Under the pieces are notes generated by a model that made no database searches, was not told the DNA's origin, and was given only the letters and a program-made list of their open reading frames with translations. Both the position numbers and the translations under genes were made by a program. A stretch of DNA of 51,045 nucleotides, the filler included, from Dirinaria sp. TL-2023a (Eukaryota), in the NCBI GenBank assembly GCA_051941275.1. It is 3 parts of 3 records of this genome, joined end to end, with 100 filler letters (N's around TTAATTAATTAA, not from the genome) between each part and the next. Parts side by side here need not be neighbours in the genome. Positions count along the whole stretch, not along the records: positions 1 to 16,968 come from JAVEBF010000462.1; 2 more parts are not named here. One strand, given 5' to 3'. Position 1 is the first letter of the stretch, and each line of letters starts with the position of its first letter. Shown one piece after another: positions 1-12,223 of this stretch.

Positions 1-164
1 AAAAAAAAAAAAAAAAAAAAGGGGAAGTGCCCATGTAGTAGTCCCTTAAACTCCTTTTTTCGCCTTTCCCTGCCTTTCCCTGCCCTAAACATGCCGAAAA
101 GAAGAAGCCAAAAGGCACGCAGAAAAAAAGAGAAGAAAAAAGAGAAAGCCTCAACTCCTCACCC

Positions 165-1208
165 CTAAGCGGGTCGATACCTCGAGCTCGATCCCTCGGC
201 ATTATCATGTCGCCTGACGACGGCGCCAAGCACGCACTTCAGCACCCCATCGGCATTCAACCCGGTGCCCGATCTGCCGGCCCAAGACATCGTATCGACC
301 ATATCCCTGACGCCGCTGCTACGGCCCAGCTGGTCGTCCATATCCTGCAGCATGAGCGTAGCCTCTGGATCATTCCCAACCTGAAAGAACTGGATGCCGA
401 CCTGCCACGCCGGCGCATCCAGACGGTCCAGCTTCGCGGCCGCGGACAGGATCACCGATTGCACGTCGTCCGTGGCCTGGCCGTCTGTGATGATGATGAC
501 GTTGAGGGGTTTGACGGCCTCTTCGCCCTTGGCTTCCAGCTCGCGCAGGTAGGGACGCAGGATGTTGTGCAGGCGGGTCCCTGTGGGCGTGCCGCCGCGG
601 GGGCGCACGCTGTTGAAGATGGCTTCGACCGTGGCCGGGGAGGTGATGTTGCGGTACTCGCAGTTGTCGCGCTCGTTGAGGAAGTGGATGTCGATGCCGT
701 TGGCGTCCCACTGGGTGCAGACGGGCGTGATCCGTTTCAGCGCCTCGGCCGTCTCGCGCCAGGAGCGGCCCGCCATGGATCCCGAGTCGTCGATCAGGAA
801 GATGGTGTCGAAGGTCGCGAGGTAGGAGAAGTCGGTGTCTTCCGGGGAACGCGAGATGCTGCTGGTATTGCTATTGGCAGCGGCGGGTGTGGGGTTTGGT
901 GGTGGTGCGGCGCTGTAGGCTGGCGGGGCTTCTGATGAAGAGGGACGCTGCTGGAATGGATTGTTGCTGCCGGGAGATGGGCGGCGAGTAGCGGGTGATT
1001 TGTTGAAGATGCTGCCGAAGTTGGATTTCATGCTGCCCATGTTGTTCTCTGGGGAAGCGGTGTGGGATGTTGTGTTACTGGAGTTGGTGCGTTTGGTGCT
1101 ATTCTTGCGAGCCTTGGAGCGTAAGGAAGAGAAGAAGGGTATGCTTTTGGGAGGTGGAGAAGAGGGAAGGCGGGAACAAGGGACTGGGGAGTCAAGAATG
1201 AGAGGCAT
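165..1208 (-). CDS. von Willebrand factor type A (vWA) domain protein with Ser/Pro-rich N-terminus
   Basis: 347-aa ORF with MIDAS elements DDSGS, GGTPTG and ITDG, plus the segment QVGIQFFQVGND typical of fungal single-vWA proteins. The start could also be the ATG at 1040. Confidence 0.85.
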   Translation of the reverse strand: MPLILDSPVPCSRLPSSPPPKSIPFFSSLRSKARKNSTKRTNSSNTTSHTASPENNMGSMKSNFGSIFNKSPATRRPSPGSNNPFQQRPSSSEAPPAYSAAPPPNPTPAAANSNTSSISRSPEDTDFSYLATFDTIFLIDDSGSMAGRSWRETAEALKRITPVCTQWDANGIDIHFLNERDNCEYRNITSPATVEAIFNSVRPRGGTPTGTRLHNILRPYLRELEAKGEEAVKPLNVIIITDGQATDDVQSVILSAAAKLDRLDAPAWQVGIQFFQVGNDPEATLMLQDMDDQLGRSSGVRDMVDTMSWAGRSGTGLNADGVLKCVLGAVVRRHDNAEGSSSRYRPA

Positions 1209-2355
1209 CGTGAGTGAATATCAAATCCCACTTGAGACGAGGGTAAAACGCGGATGGTAAAACGTGGATGAGCAAGTAAGGTAAGGAAGGCAAGGATTGA
1301 GTGCTGGCAAACAAAGGCTTCAACAAATATGATCTGTCAACTCTTCACTTGGCCTTTGCTGGAGAAGCTTGATGGAGAGAGAGTATGTTTGTTGAGTGCG
1401 ACTACCTTACTTCATTATCTACTGGGTTCTTATACAAAATTTCACATAACCGCCACAGCAGCGCTCTCTCAGGATGAGGCCGTGAACAGTGAGAAGAGAA
1501 GTCTCATGAGAGGTGGATGAATGATATCTGCCTTGTTGGGAGCCGTATGGACCAGGTGTTCCAGAAGGAAATGGTGTGATTGTGTTGCATTGGAAGCCAG
1601 ACAAGCAATCCAGCCGCTCTCGGCAATGCCAGGGCCCTAAGGCGGTCGGGCTGTGCAGCCAATCGCATCGCTTTTCTACACTACTGTACTGTACTCAGCC
1701 CAAACTCCCAAGTCACCGCCTCCTCCCACCCCACCCGCCACCATACCGCATCTGGCATAGCCAAATTGGCCTCGCGCTACTTCCCCTCCTCATACGGCCG
1801 CCAGCAGTTGGCCTGCTTAGACGTGCTTAAACGCCAAAGAGGCTTTGCTGAGACTGCGGCACAGTGTCTGAGATTTCATCAACTATCTGCTTTAATGTAG
1901 GCATCGGTTTCCCCTGGATACCGACAAGATGGTTGTCCGCGCCTACGTTAGCGCTTTGGATGCCTACAAGCCCGCTCTCCTCGCATAATGTTTCTTCTCG
2001 ACCCTGCCAAGCCGCCGAAGCCGGACTGCTTGGACTCCAGAAGAAAATCAACCTCACAAAGTACTTGGGCGTGGCAACGGCGATACGAGTAGAGTACGAA
2101 ATGCCAGCGTGCTTCAAAGCCGTCATTGCCGGTGGCCAATAGTGTGGTCACCAGACTCAAGCTGAGGTCAGATGTTACTCGGAGTAGCCGGTCAACCGAG
2201 GATGCTCGGGAGGCCCCGTATGTGATACGCATGATTGCCCAAAAGAGGAAAAGATTCCTGACTTGAACTAAGCGGAAAGGGGGAAATCGAAGTTGCCTTG
2301 GGCGGTTCATGGATGGTTGAAGCCATCGCTCCGTATCTGATATCCCCGCCGCTCG

Positions 2356-3752
2356 CTAAGTCCAATCTCTCGACATCGCCGTATACATCGCCTTGGCTCT
2401 GCGATGGGCGAGACAGCCGCGGGGGATGTCAGCAGAGCGCATTGGCTCTGCGTTCGGCATATATTCCCATGCACCGCCTGCTGGGTGCCTTTGCCAGCTT
2501 TCACCAGCTGCGTCTTCGCTCCAGCAACGGGCGCAAATACCAGCCTGTTCTTCGGGGGCGATGCTTTGCAGTGCGGAGACGAATCTTTTCCGAATACCGC
2601 AGTGTTTGTGATTCTCATCAATCTGATATTCCGGACAAGCCCGAAGAGCGGCAATGACTTCTAGGATGTTGCGCTTGCATGGTATACTTTCTCCAGCTGT
2701 GTATAGAGTACTTTCGAACTCAAGAGTATTGGTACGACGGAAGAAGCGGACCATCTGCCCGAGCTGATAGGAATTGCAAGCTGGCGACGAGTCGTAGCCG
2801 TACCTGCATTGATTCGGCTCGAAAATGTACAAGTCGATCATGTGTTTTTGTAGCGAACTCAGAGTCTCCAGGATGTAGTCGCGCCGTGACATGAGCTCTT
2901 CTTCATGTTTCGGCTTCAGTGCTGAATTTTCGGAACAAACCCTTCTCACGTACCTTCTACAAGTCTTGGCAGGTCCCACCAAGGGGCGCCAAAGTCCCCG
3001 ACGCTTGGGATGTTTTCTGTCCACCGAGCTGATCCTCCGACTATGAGCTTTGCACACTGTTGTGTGAATACCGCATCCAAGCCCAAAAGTAGGCCTATGA
3101 GGATTTGCTGTCGGACCAATGTTTCTTCATCGATATTCAGAGGCCGATACTTCCCATCCCAGGCAAAAGGGCGCACCTTCCAACCGCGACGTATGATGAA
3201 GTCTCTGACAATGGCTGTGGTGTCGAAGCGATCTGAAAGGATAGCAAGCAGGGCTAAGAAACATGTATCAGGCTGCGCCGTTAGAAAGTCGACGTTATGT
3301 AGGCTGCCAAGGAAAAGGGCAATAACGCCTTGCGAGGGAATCTTGTTGTGCTTCGGTATATCCTCCTCCAGCACGATTCGTGGAAGATAGCCTGCGGGTA
3401 CCGCTTCTATATTACCGTATTGCGCCAGTAGCTTGGCCAAAGTTGAATTCATGCTTTCGCCCTCGCCAAATTTGTCCGCATCAAGCAGTACACGGAAATA
3501 TGCCGAAGCCTGTCGCAGAGTCTCCGAGGAGACCAGGTAGAGACTGTGATCGCTGATTGCGGCACCCTTGAACTCGAGCAGTAGATCGCCCTTTGAAGCA
3601 ATATGCGTGATTGTCAAGCCAGAGGCATCGTCTTTGACGTGACGCAGAGTAGTCTCGTCATTACTCGTTCTTGAATTTGGGCGAGTAGAAAGCGCTTTGC
3701 GTGACCTTTTCGTCTGCGGAGCGAGGACGGCTGGAAGGATGGTGGGTGCCAT
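2356..3752 (-). CDS. Conserved fungal BTB/POZ-like protein (2 exons)
   Basis: ORFs 2946..3752 and 2356..3057 are joined by intron 2901..2953 (GTACGT...AAG), giving WWDLPRLVE-EELMSRR. N-terminus has a BTB-like pattern (GDLLL...YLVSSETLRQASAYFRVLL); C-terminus is Cys/His-rich. Confidence 0.75.
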
Positions 3753-4282
3753 GTCGATAGGGCAAGGACGAGAGCCAGAATCTCGGGGGTCTTAGAGATC
3801 TTAGAGACTAGCTGCTGCTCACGTAGGGCAAGAAAATTGAGCGCGGGTCAGCCGAATCTTTTAGCAAAGGAGCTCTGCGTGATATACAAACCTTTGTGTG
3901 TGCTTGAGCAGCCTCTTAGCGAGGTGCGGACATTTGAGTAATGCTCACGGATATGGCCACGCCATGATCGAAGGATGCTATGATCAAGGAATGATCGCTA
4001 GCCAGTAAGTAGGCAATGGTCCATGGGTAGGGGAGTGTTGTAAAGTTTGGGGCAGTCACTGAGGCGGCGAAGTAACCAGACATAAGCAATTGAGGTAGGA
4101 CGTGTCCTACACAAACTTTCAAGAGCGTCACTAGGTTGGGTATTTTGACAGGATCTCTGAATCTACTCATATACAACCTACCTTAAGTTCCATTTGCTCC
4201 AAACCCAGAATCGCCTCAAGCAATTTTTTCTTAAAAAAAAAAAAAATACCAAAATGAATCAAAAGACCCAATCCCTGGATCT

Positions 4283-5283
4283 TCAAGCAATCCCAACCGA
4301 TCCCGTGACCGTGGTCGTTGACGCCGGAATTCTGCCTTTTGTCCTAAGTCAACAGGACCAGCCTGTGTTCTTCAAACCCACATCTCCCACGATTTCCGCC
4401 ATAGCCAAACCTATCCCACCAAAAGCTCCAAAATAAGGGAAGTAGAGCGCTCACCCAACTCATCGCAAAAAACCCTACGAACGGCTCCCTGCACATCCGA
4501 ATATGTCAACGAACTCCGTAAAACGCTCCATCGTGACAGTATCGGTGTGTATATGCGCGGGGCCGTATATGTACTAGTCACAATAGAGACCGAGACACAA
4601 CGGCAGCCTTCTGAGAGGAATTTTTGTCCAATGCCGGGAAAAGTATCAATTGGGGCCTCGAAGTCTCGATCTTCGCCCTTAACATGCTACGGGGTTTGGT
4701 TGACTATTGCCATGAACGACGCTGGAGAAGCGAGCGGAGGTGTAAGTTCGGATAAATCGTTGTGGTCGTGGTGGTAAGTTTTTTTTGCATGAAAGACTTA
4801 GAGAAAGAGATGGAGGAACGGGGTATCGGAGGCGTCTCATGGGGCGCTGAGGACGCCTGGGACGCCTGTAACCCTCCGTTATGGTCGTCGTGCCTGAGGT
4901 CTCGACTGTATGACTAGTTACTGCCCCATTTGGTTCCGTGGGATTGGTGTTTTAACTTGATAGACTTGGCCAGCTTCAGTGATCTCGTGTTCTCTCACTT
5001 GCTTGTCTGCCTCACCTTCATAACAATTACGGTCTTTGTCGAGCCAGGAACTGTTGTAGTCGGAAAAACTGACCGGCTGGCGGTAACAGCGTCGGTGGAG
5101 ATTGGCAGGAACGAGGAACAGAATGGTGTTGCGGTGGCTTTAAGTGCGTGCCGTGACTATGCTATTGATGGCGGAGCACTGCGAGTCGGATAGCTTAATG
5201 TTAGTGGATTGTGTGGCTGCCGTTGATGCGAGCCACAGGAGCGGGAAAGGAAGAAAGGAAAGACCGGAAAGGAGACGAAACAT
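4283..5283 (-). pseudogene. Degenerate gene for a secreted Ser/Thr-rich, Cys-containing protein
   Basis: ATG at 5283 gives signal-peptide-like MFRLLSGLSFLPFPLLWLASTAA...CSAINSIVTA. A GCAC duplication (5144-5151) shifts the frame; removing it restores ALKATATPFCSSFL...TTTVPGSTKTV followed by a GTGAGG donor. Downstream fragments (LSEGCRCVSVSIVTSTYT; IPASTTTVTGSVGIA*) carry further stops or shifts. The 3' end is approximate. Confidence 0.6.
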
Positions 5284-5542
5284 CTGCGTTGTGGCGATTA
5301 GGTTGCGGTCTATAATTTGAGGAGAATAAACTCTTAATGTAAGATGAGATGGGACGGAGTTGAAAGTAGATAGGAATATGGAACTTGAGATGGTACTATG
5401 TAATTACATGTAGACAAGAAACGATGGAGAGACTTCAAAGCGTACTTGTGTCGGTCATGAACGCGTTGAGCAGATTTCAGTATTAGTTTAGCGCTTCTAT
5501 CGTGGCTCGACTTACGCTAGGTACCGCTCAGTGGCTGCTTTC

Positions 5543-8500
5543 TTAGTACGGGAGTGTATTGTTCCATAAACTCTGCACTGTCACCTCTTCAACCCAGTCC
5601 CCGCCTGTAGGATCGCTCTTCAGCGTATAGCCTATATCCTTGGGCTGCCCAGGGAGTAGAACAAACCCGTTAGTGTCAAAATTTAGCAACGGCCCTGCTG
5701 GATAATCCAGCCATGTCCACACCGCAATACCGGTGGTAGCTTCCACAGTGAACTTCTTCGTGTCGTTTGAATAGCTGAATTGTATCCCCGGATCTACAAG
5801 CTCAGCTTGCGCAAGCGAGTTTGCGTGGAAGATATTGTCGTGGTTGAACGTGCTTGAACTGTTCGTGTTAGGCAGAGAGCTTTGAGCGGAGATGTTCATA
5901 TAAAGGATAGATTTGTTGAGATCAACCGTGGAGCTCTTGGTATTTGAATCAAAGATGAGAGTCGTATTTAAAGCACCGACTGTAAAATTTATTGTTCTAG
6001 GCGTATTAAGATTATTGATGGGTTTTCCGTCCCAGCTGTACCATTGCAGGGTAGCCACGCCAGAGGCTTGGGACCAGAGGTCTGAAGTTACATAGACAGA
6101 CAGATCGCCAGTTGTGATATTGTAGAACGGTGAGATGATGACAGGCTCATAGATGTCTTTGGCACCGTAATGGAGGACTTTCCAGCGGCCATCATATTCG
6201 ATACCGGCCCACGTGGGCGCCTGCCAGATATCTTCAAGTTGCCAGTATAGGGAACCGAGCTGACGATTTGGAAAGCCACTGCCACGTCGGTAGAACTGGA
6301 TCTCCGAGCGGTAGAAGTCAGCCTGAAAAATCTGTGTCGTGTGACACCAGGCCGAGAAGTTGGCCACGCTGTCGATTTTGTTCGGTACCTGCAAATTCCA
6401 TTAGTCGCTTGCTGAAATCTTTTAAGACTATGGCGTACTGGGTACCACCGTTCGGCGGCAATTGTCATTTCGCCCATGCCCTTCGTGGAATTGGCGAAAT
6501 TGCTAGTATTTAGGTTACCTGGGGGATAATGATGGTTCCGAAGTTCGATCACTGAAGAATTGAAGTGGAGATCTTCAGGCGAGATAGCCTGCTGCCATGT
6601 CTGCAGTGAAGGCATCGAATGATATCCGAATTCATTCGCAAATCGACCGACCGGATAAGAAGAGTAATTGAAGGCTAGCGAAGAGTCATAATTGTAATAA
6701 TCTAGCGATGTTAATATTAGTGGTCTTGGGTTGAAGCATTGTGATGCCTACCAGTATCTCCATATACTGAGCCAGGCGTCTTGTTGTTGTACCGCTCAAC
6801 CATTGGTACAGGCAATGAGAAGTTCAACTCCAGGTAGCCGTTTGTGGTACTGCTAGGAATGTAGCTAATGCTTTTCGAGTTCGCATAAACGATTGGGAGT
6901 AAGGTATCGAGGAAAAGCTGCTCATACTCCGCCTGGTATCGATCGAATTCTTGCGGCGCTGAATAGTTCACAGTCTGCAACTCAAGAGATTCTAGCTCAT
7001 TGCCTCCAGCCCAAAGTGCTAACGATGGATGATGGTTTGCTCGACGGACATTGTATGTCGCTTCCTCGCGAACATTGTCCACGAACTCCTTATTCACGGG
7101 ATAGAGAGCGTCTCCGAATTCGAATTCAGACCACATAAGGACACCTTCTTCATCAGCAATGTCATAAATGAAGTCAGGCGTATAGGCTCCGCTAGCCCAC
7201 ACGCGCAGCATGTTTTGGTTGCCGGCAGTGACGGCGTCGAAAAGTTGCCGCATCTTCGTTTCGGTGACACGAGGCCAGAATGCATCCGGAGGAATTAAAT
7301 TAGAGCCCTTGGCGTAGAATTCGTGGCCGTTGATCTCGAAGTGCCTTGGACGCTCTTAGAAAACCCCGTTCAGTCGAGGACGAGGGGCATACCAATTATT
7401 TCCTGGAGCAACGCCTAGCGCTAGCTGCTCATTCGTGATCACACCCATGTTCAGCACCTGCCCACTTTCAGCGCATCCTCTAAGCCTATACTCCATTTCC
7501 ACTCACAATAGTCCTGAACCCCATGCGCCTATTAACAGATGCCAATGTCCTGTTGCTGCTGTCTGTGAGACTGATGGTCACATTATACAAATTCTGAGCA
7601 CCGAGTCCGTTTGGCCACCACAGTTCATAAGAATCGGTATCTAGAATTGCAGTGCCAGTCACACTCTTATCCAGGGAGGTAATGTTCACGAGTGGTCCGG
7701 TCGAGACTGTCTGATTCGTGCTTGAACTAACAATGGTATATTGAAGGGTAGCACCTTGAGGTATTGTACCTAGCACATCCAGACTCGCATTCAGCAACCA
7801 AGGGGCTCCCTGATCAGGCGGCAAGTTGTTCAACTGGCCCAAACGCGAGATGTCGAAATCTGCATTGCGTACGTATAGCTCGGACGAAATATTTCTCGAC
7901 TCTAGCTGTATCACATACGCAGGCTGCCATGGTCCAGCTGGTGAGAAGGCTGGCCCCCAGTCCCAACCAAAGTCCGACTGCTCCTTACGAATGAATTGTC
8001 GATTGAGAAACTCGTACGTGATCTCAACGCCAAATGGCCATGTCTCCTGCCCTGGCTCAGCTGCGATGGAATCGGCAATGTTTGGAGCACTGCCGAAGTT
8101 GATGCTGAGGACGGGCGAGGAGCAGTTTTTAAGGAAGTTCGAGACATCAAAGTAGTATTGCCGGAATTGGTTATTTGTGGCTGCGACGTGCTGTCCACAG
8201 AACGCGATGCTGGCGAAAGTGTCTAGACCGTTAAAAAGAAGCCAAGTTTGCTTTGCGCTCGAAACATCCAAACCCGTTATGGGAGCGCTGCTGTATGTCC
8301 AATTGTTCTCGGCGACCCAACGGAGATTAAAGTCATTCAAGCCATAGTAACTCAGCTGCTGTCAGTCGTGAAGCAAGATGACGGAGTAAATGACGTACGG
8401 ATCACCAATGACTTGTGCCGCATACAGATCGAGGTGAGCCTGTGAAGGAAGAGATGCGGGTACGCTGATATTCAAACTTGGATTCTGTAATGTCCACTCA

Positions 8501-8580
8501 TTGCCACTCAAATCGATTACCTTTTGTGTAGCCACAGCGGCCAAAATGGATGCCGTCGTAAGCAAGATCTTTAAGGCCAT
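5543..8580 (-). CDS. mndA: Secreted beta-mannosidase, glycoside hydrolase family 2 (6 exons)
   Basis: Signal peptide plus GH2 mannosidase motifs [35 protein letters not shown] and [11 protein letters not shown]. Exons approx. 8580-8399, 8350-7507, 7457-7393, 7344-6752, 6701-6439, 6388-5543. Confidence 0.92.
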
Positions 8581-10193
8581 GGCTCCAGTAGTATGGTCGA
8601 GTCACGGACAGCATATTGCTCCAGGGGCACGTCGGACCTTTGTAGGCCATGACGGTAAGGCCGCCAGGACCCGCTTTCAGCCTGTCCATGATGTCAAATG
8701 CTGTACAGGCCCGCTGCCCGCTCTCAACCGGGTACCTGGCTGCGTCGATGAGGTTTAAGTGCTGACAGCTCGAAGCCGAAATAGGATGGTGAAGAGTTCG
8801 GTCTGCAGTGGAGGCCTTGGTTGAACCCCGCCGCTAACAGAAGACTTGCAGACTCCCGGCAGGCTTCTCCATGTGGGGCATGCGGCACTGAGCGGACGCC
8901 ATCATCCGATGCTCTAGAAAGAATAGGTGCTAGTTGATTGAATGTTCGTAATTGCTCCTTCGATGCTTTTACCTTACCGCGGTGGCCAATAAGGTAAGAT
9001 ACGTTTTTGACAATTGGTGAGATTGACGAGGACTCTTCGTTGGTGTGCGAGTCCATGGTTATTTCGATAATACATTCATGTTATATGATACTGACATGCT
9101 TAACATGAATACCTTGCCAGAATATGGCATAATGTACACTATTGGTGATCATCATCATCCAACGTTATCTCACCTTATTTTATGTCTTCGACGCCAAGTC
9201 TGTATTTCGCACCTTCATAAGGTTGTAAGTGCGCCAAGATGCTTCCGCCTCGTTCCCCTTGGCATCGGCGCTAAGACAGTCGACTGAGGCGCGATGACAC
9301 ACATTGAATCTTGATCTCAAGTCTTGGCATTTTTCGCAGTGCGTTGTGGTCGTCATTATTAATAACAGAGTCTGGTCTGTAACTCAGTAGTGCAGTCCAA
9401 CGCTGATTATTCTCTTCAGTCTCCGTCTTTCACCTTTTGACTTAGCATTCGAGTTCCATGCCCTGTCGAATGTAATTTAACTATGCTGTACGGATTCGTC
9501 CAGTGCACGGCCCGTGTTCCAGGGGCTCAAAGTTCAACCATGGATGTCAGGGTCCAAGCCAAGATGATCTCCGTCTATTTACATGGATAATAATGGCAGC
9601 AATTTCATCGAATCCGTGCCAGTGTTTCTTACCAATGTCGAGTCTCTTGCTGATTCTATGTTAGTGTAACACTGACATAGGTATGGGGTTCCCGGTATCA
9701 AGCATGGTGTGTAGTGAAAAGCTGGCACGAGACATACTTATCTCAGAATGTAACTCGCTGAACACGAGCTGAACATCTATGCTCGCGCTGACGGAAATTG
9801 TAAACGAGCATACGAGGTGCAAGCTCGATGGTTGTGCTAAGAGAAATCACAATGGAAGAATCATACTGACGATATAAGCAGCGACGCAAATTTAGGAGAT
9901 ACTCAAGAGGGGTGTAAGGCAATTCTCCAAACGGGGAATTGAAAAGCAATCAAGACCAGACAGGTGGTGAGTAAAACCTGCCGATGATTGAGCTATGGCG
10001 CCAGATCGAAAGCAGGGTGCTCTTTTGGCCTCCCAACACTGACTAAAGAATCAATGCCAAGGGAACCGTCAGACGAAACTGACCCTGTTCACTGAGTTCT
10101 GATATAAGTTTGAAGGCTTCAGCAAGCCAGAATCCTCAAATATGAAATTGATATCCGGATTCTTTGCCCATTCTCGTCACCAGCTCTTCCCAA

Positions 10194-11095
10194 CTAAGAG
10201 CACTTTCCCCATTTGGGCTGACACCAGTTGGCGCTTCCACAGAAATCCGTTCCGGTTCCACAGAAGTTGCTGCCAGAACAGCAGAGTCCCGTGGCACACT
10301 TAGCGTTGACAATAGGTCCACAAGTATCTCCAGCATTTGCAGTCTTAGGTGTGCCGCTAGGAAGAGGAGGAATCTTGCGATTGGTGCTGCAATCGCCGTA
10401 GCCAGCTTGACAGCCTGATCCACAGTAGAGGCTTTGGTCTTGAATCTGGATTGAAGATCGTGTTAGACAGTTTATTCATCAACAAGTATAGTACTCCCAA
10501 AAAAATCTTCTCCGGTGATCAATGGGCTTTGGGAGGACGAACATTGTTTTTGGGCCCACAGTGTCCAGCCGAGCTACAGCACCGATAAAAATAGCCTTCC
10601 TGGCCGGCACCCGGGCAGCTCACACCACCTTGCGCATGGCCACAGACGTCGATGTTGGGAATGCTGGAGGCATAGGAGTTTGTGGCAGACTATGCTAACG
10701 TTAGCCAAGCACAAGCGTAAGCAGCGCGGGAAAACAGTCAAAGATAGAGACTAAGGTAATGAGTACGGACCGCACAGCTTGAACCGGAGCCAGAATAAGC
10801 CTTCTGACAAGTAGCAGGGTCACAATAGGCGGCGCCTGTATCGCACTATAAGCGCAAAATGTCAGCTTGGATATTCAGATCTGGCAAGGGAGGGGTGTTC
10901 GTGTACCCAGCCGTATTGACTACCTGCAGATGCACAAGGACACATTAGCAATCACGGAGCAGACGAACACCTTGCTCAAGGGTCCGTCTTACAGCATTTC
11001 CCGGCGGCACATTTTTGGTTGCCATAACTAGGCCCACAGTTCTGAGCAGCAACAACTGCGGCGAAAAGGGAAGCAGCAATGAGGGAGAAACGCAT
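10194..11095 (-). CDS. Small secreted Cys-rich protein with three hevein/CBM18 chitin-binding modules and no catalytic domain (5 exons)
   Basis: Manual translation: MRFSLIAASLFAAVVAAQNCGPSYGNQKCAAGKCCSQYGWCDTGAAYC...; CGHAQGGVSCPG...CCSSAGHCG...YCGSGCQAGYGDC; CGPIVNAKCATGLCCSGSNFCGTGTDFCGSANWCQPKWGKCS*. Exons 11095-10993, 10923-10907, 10845-~10770, ~10690-10543, 10445-10194. Confidence 0.85.
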
Positions 11096-12223
11096 GCTTA
11101 TTGTATGATGGACTGAAGCGATCAATGGACGGATGGACGAAATAGAGCTATGAATATTAAGAGAACAATTACTTTGAACAACGAGGATGGCCGGTGTTGG
11201 AGCACAACAGTCAAGCCGAATAACGAGCGACAGGAAGGAAATGAGAGGAAGTAAGGAGACCAGAGAGGAGAAAGAGCGAAGCAGAGGGTTTTAATTGATG
11301 ATTAGCAGCAGTAACATCTTGCCCGACCCCGGTTTCCAAGAAGCATTAAGAACAGCCACTTCGTATCGCGAGATGCGATCAGCTGTTCTCAGGCCTTCAA
11401 GGGGAGAACCGTTCGGAATGAGGCTTCCCTTCTTGCCCGAAGTAGCGAATATTAGACCCTTTTCTGCATGCCAATTCGGATGTTATCTCACACTAGGTCC
11501 TGCTGCTTGCCGAGATCTAATTCTCCCTTAAGCCGTTCCGAAGCTGGGCATTATTATTTTCTAAGGTAACGACTCTAACGAGGGTACCTTAAGCACCGAC
11601 CCATCCTAGCCCTTGACTGTCGATCCAATGAAAGTCGACGATGGTGCCCCTTTCAATTTCGCGCTCGAGGCTCCAAAAATCAAAGCGGAGTGCGGAGTCT
11701 GCGGACCCTGCTGGCCTGCTCCGTACTTGTACTTCCGCCATTTTTATTACAATTATTAAAGTACTATCTTATGTAAATTACCCTGCTGTGCTTACATAAG
11801 GTGTTCAGGGAGTCCAGGCTCTCAGGGAGTCAGGGACAGTAGTCTCAGGGTCTTTGGAGCATGGAGCACCCACATTAGCGCAGTACGAGTACGCAACAAA
11901 CATTTCCCGAACCGGGTCCTAGAAAAAAGTATGCGAGTGGCGGTGGTAGCTTCAAATAAATGGAATGGTAATGGCAAGTTGAGTCATTGCAAACTACTAA
12001 TGCATCTACTGTACTCTGCCTCACTCGTTTAACGATCACAGTCGAGATGCCTGTGACCATCTCCACTTGATACCCTTTCACCCCCGCGCATTCTCCCGCT
12101 GATCAGCTCACGTCGCTGGAGGTTCCACTGCAATGGCGTCCGGATCGAAAGCTTGACGAAAGCTAAGAATTGACTCGATTGACTCTCAACACGGAGTTCT
12201 CGGTCAATTCTGAGACGTGGCAG

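Noticed and set aside
207..935. Long antisense or alternate-frame ORFs over GC-rich genes (also 34204-35028, 50082-50780)
   Set aside because: Shadows of high-GC3 coding sequence with no recognisable motifs.
1576..2310. Short overlapping ORFs between the vWA and BTB genes
   Set aside because: No recognisable domain or consistent exon model; at most a relic.
8700..10130. Possible gene or transposon in the 1.4-kb interval upstream of the mannosidase
   Set aside because: Only short ORFs without motifs; no terminal repeats or transposase/RT signatures seen.
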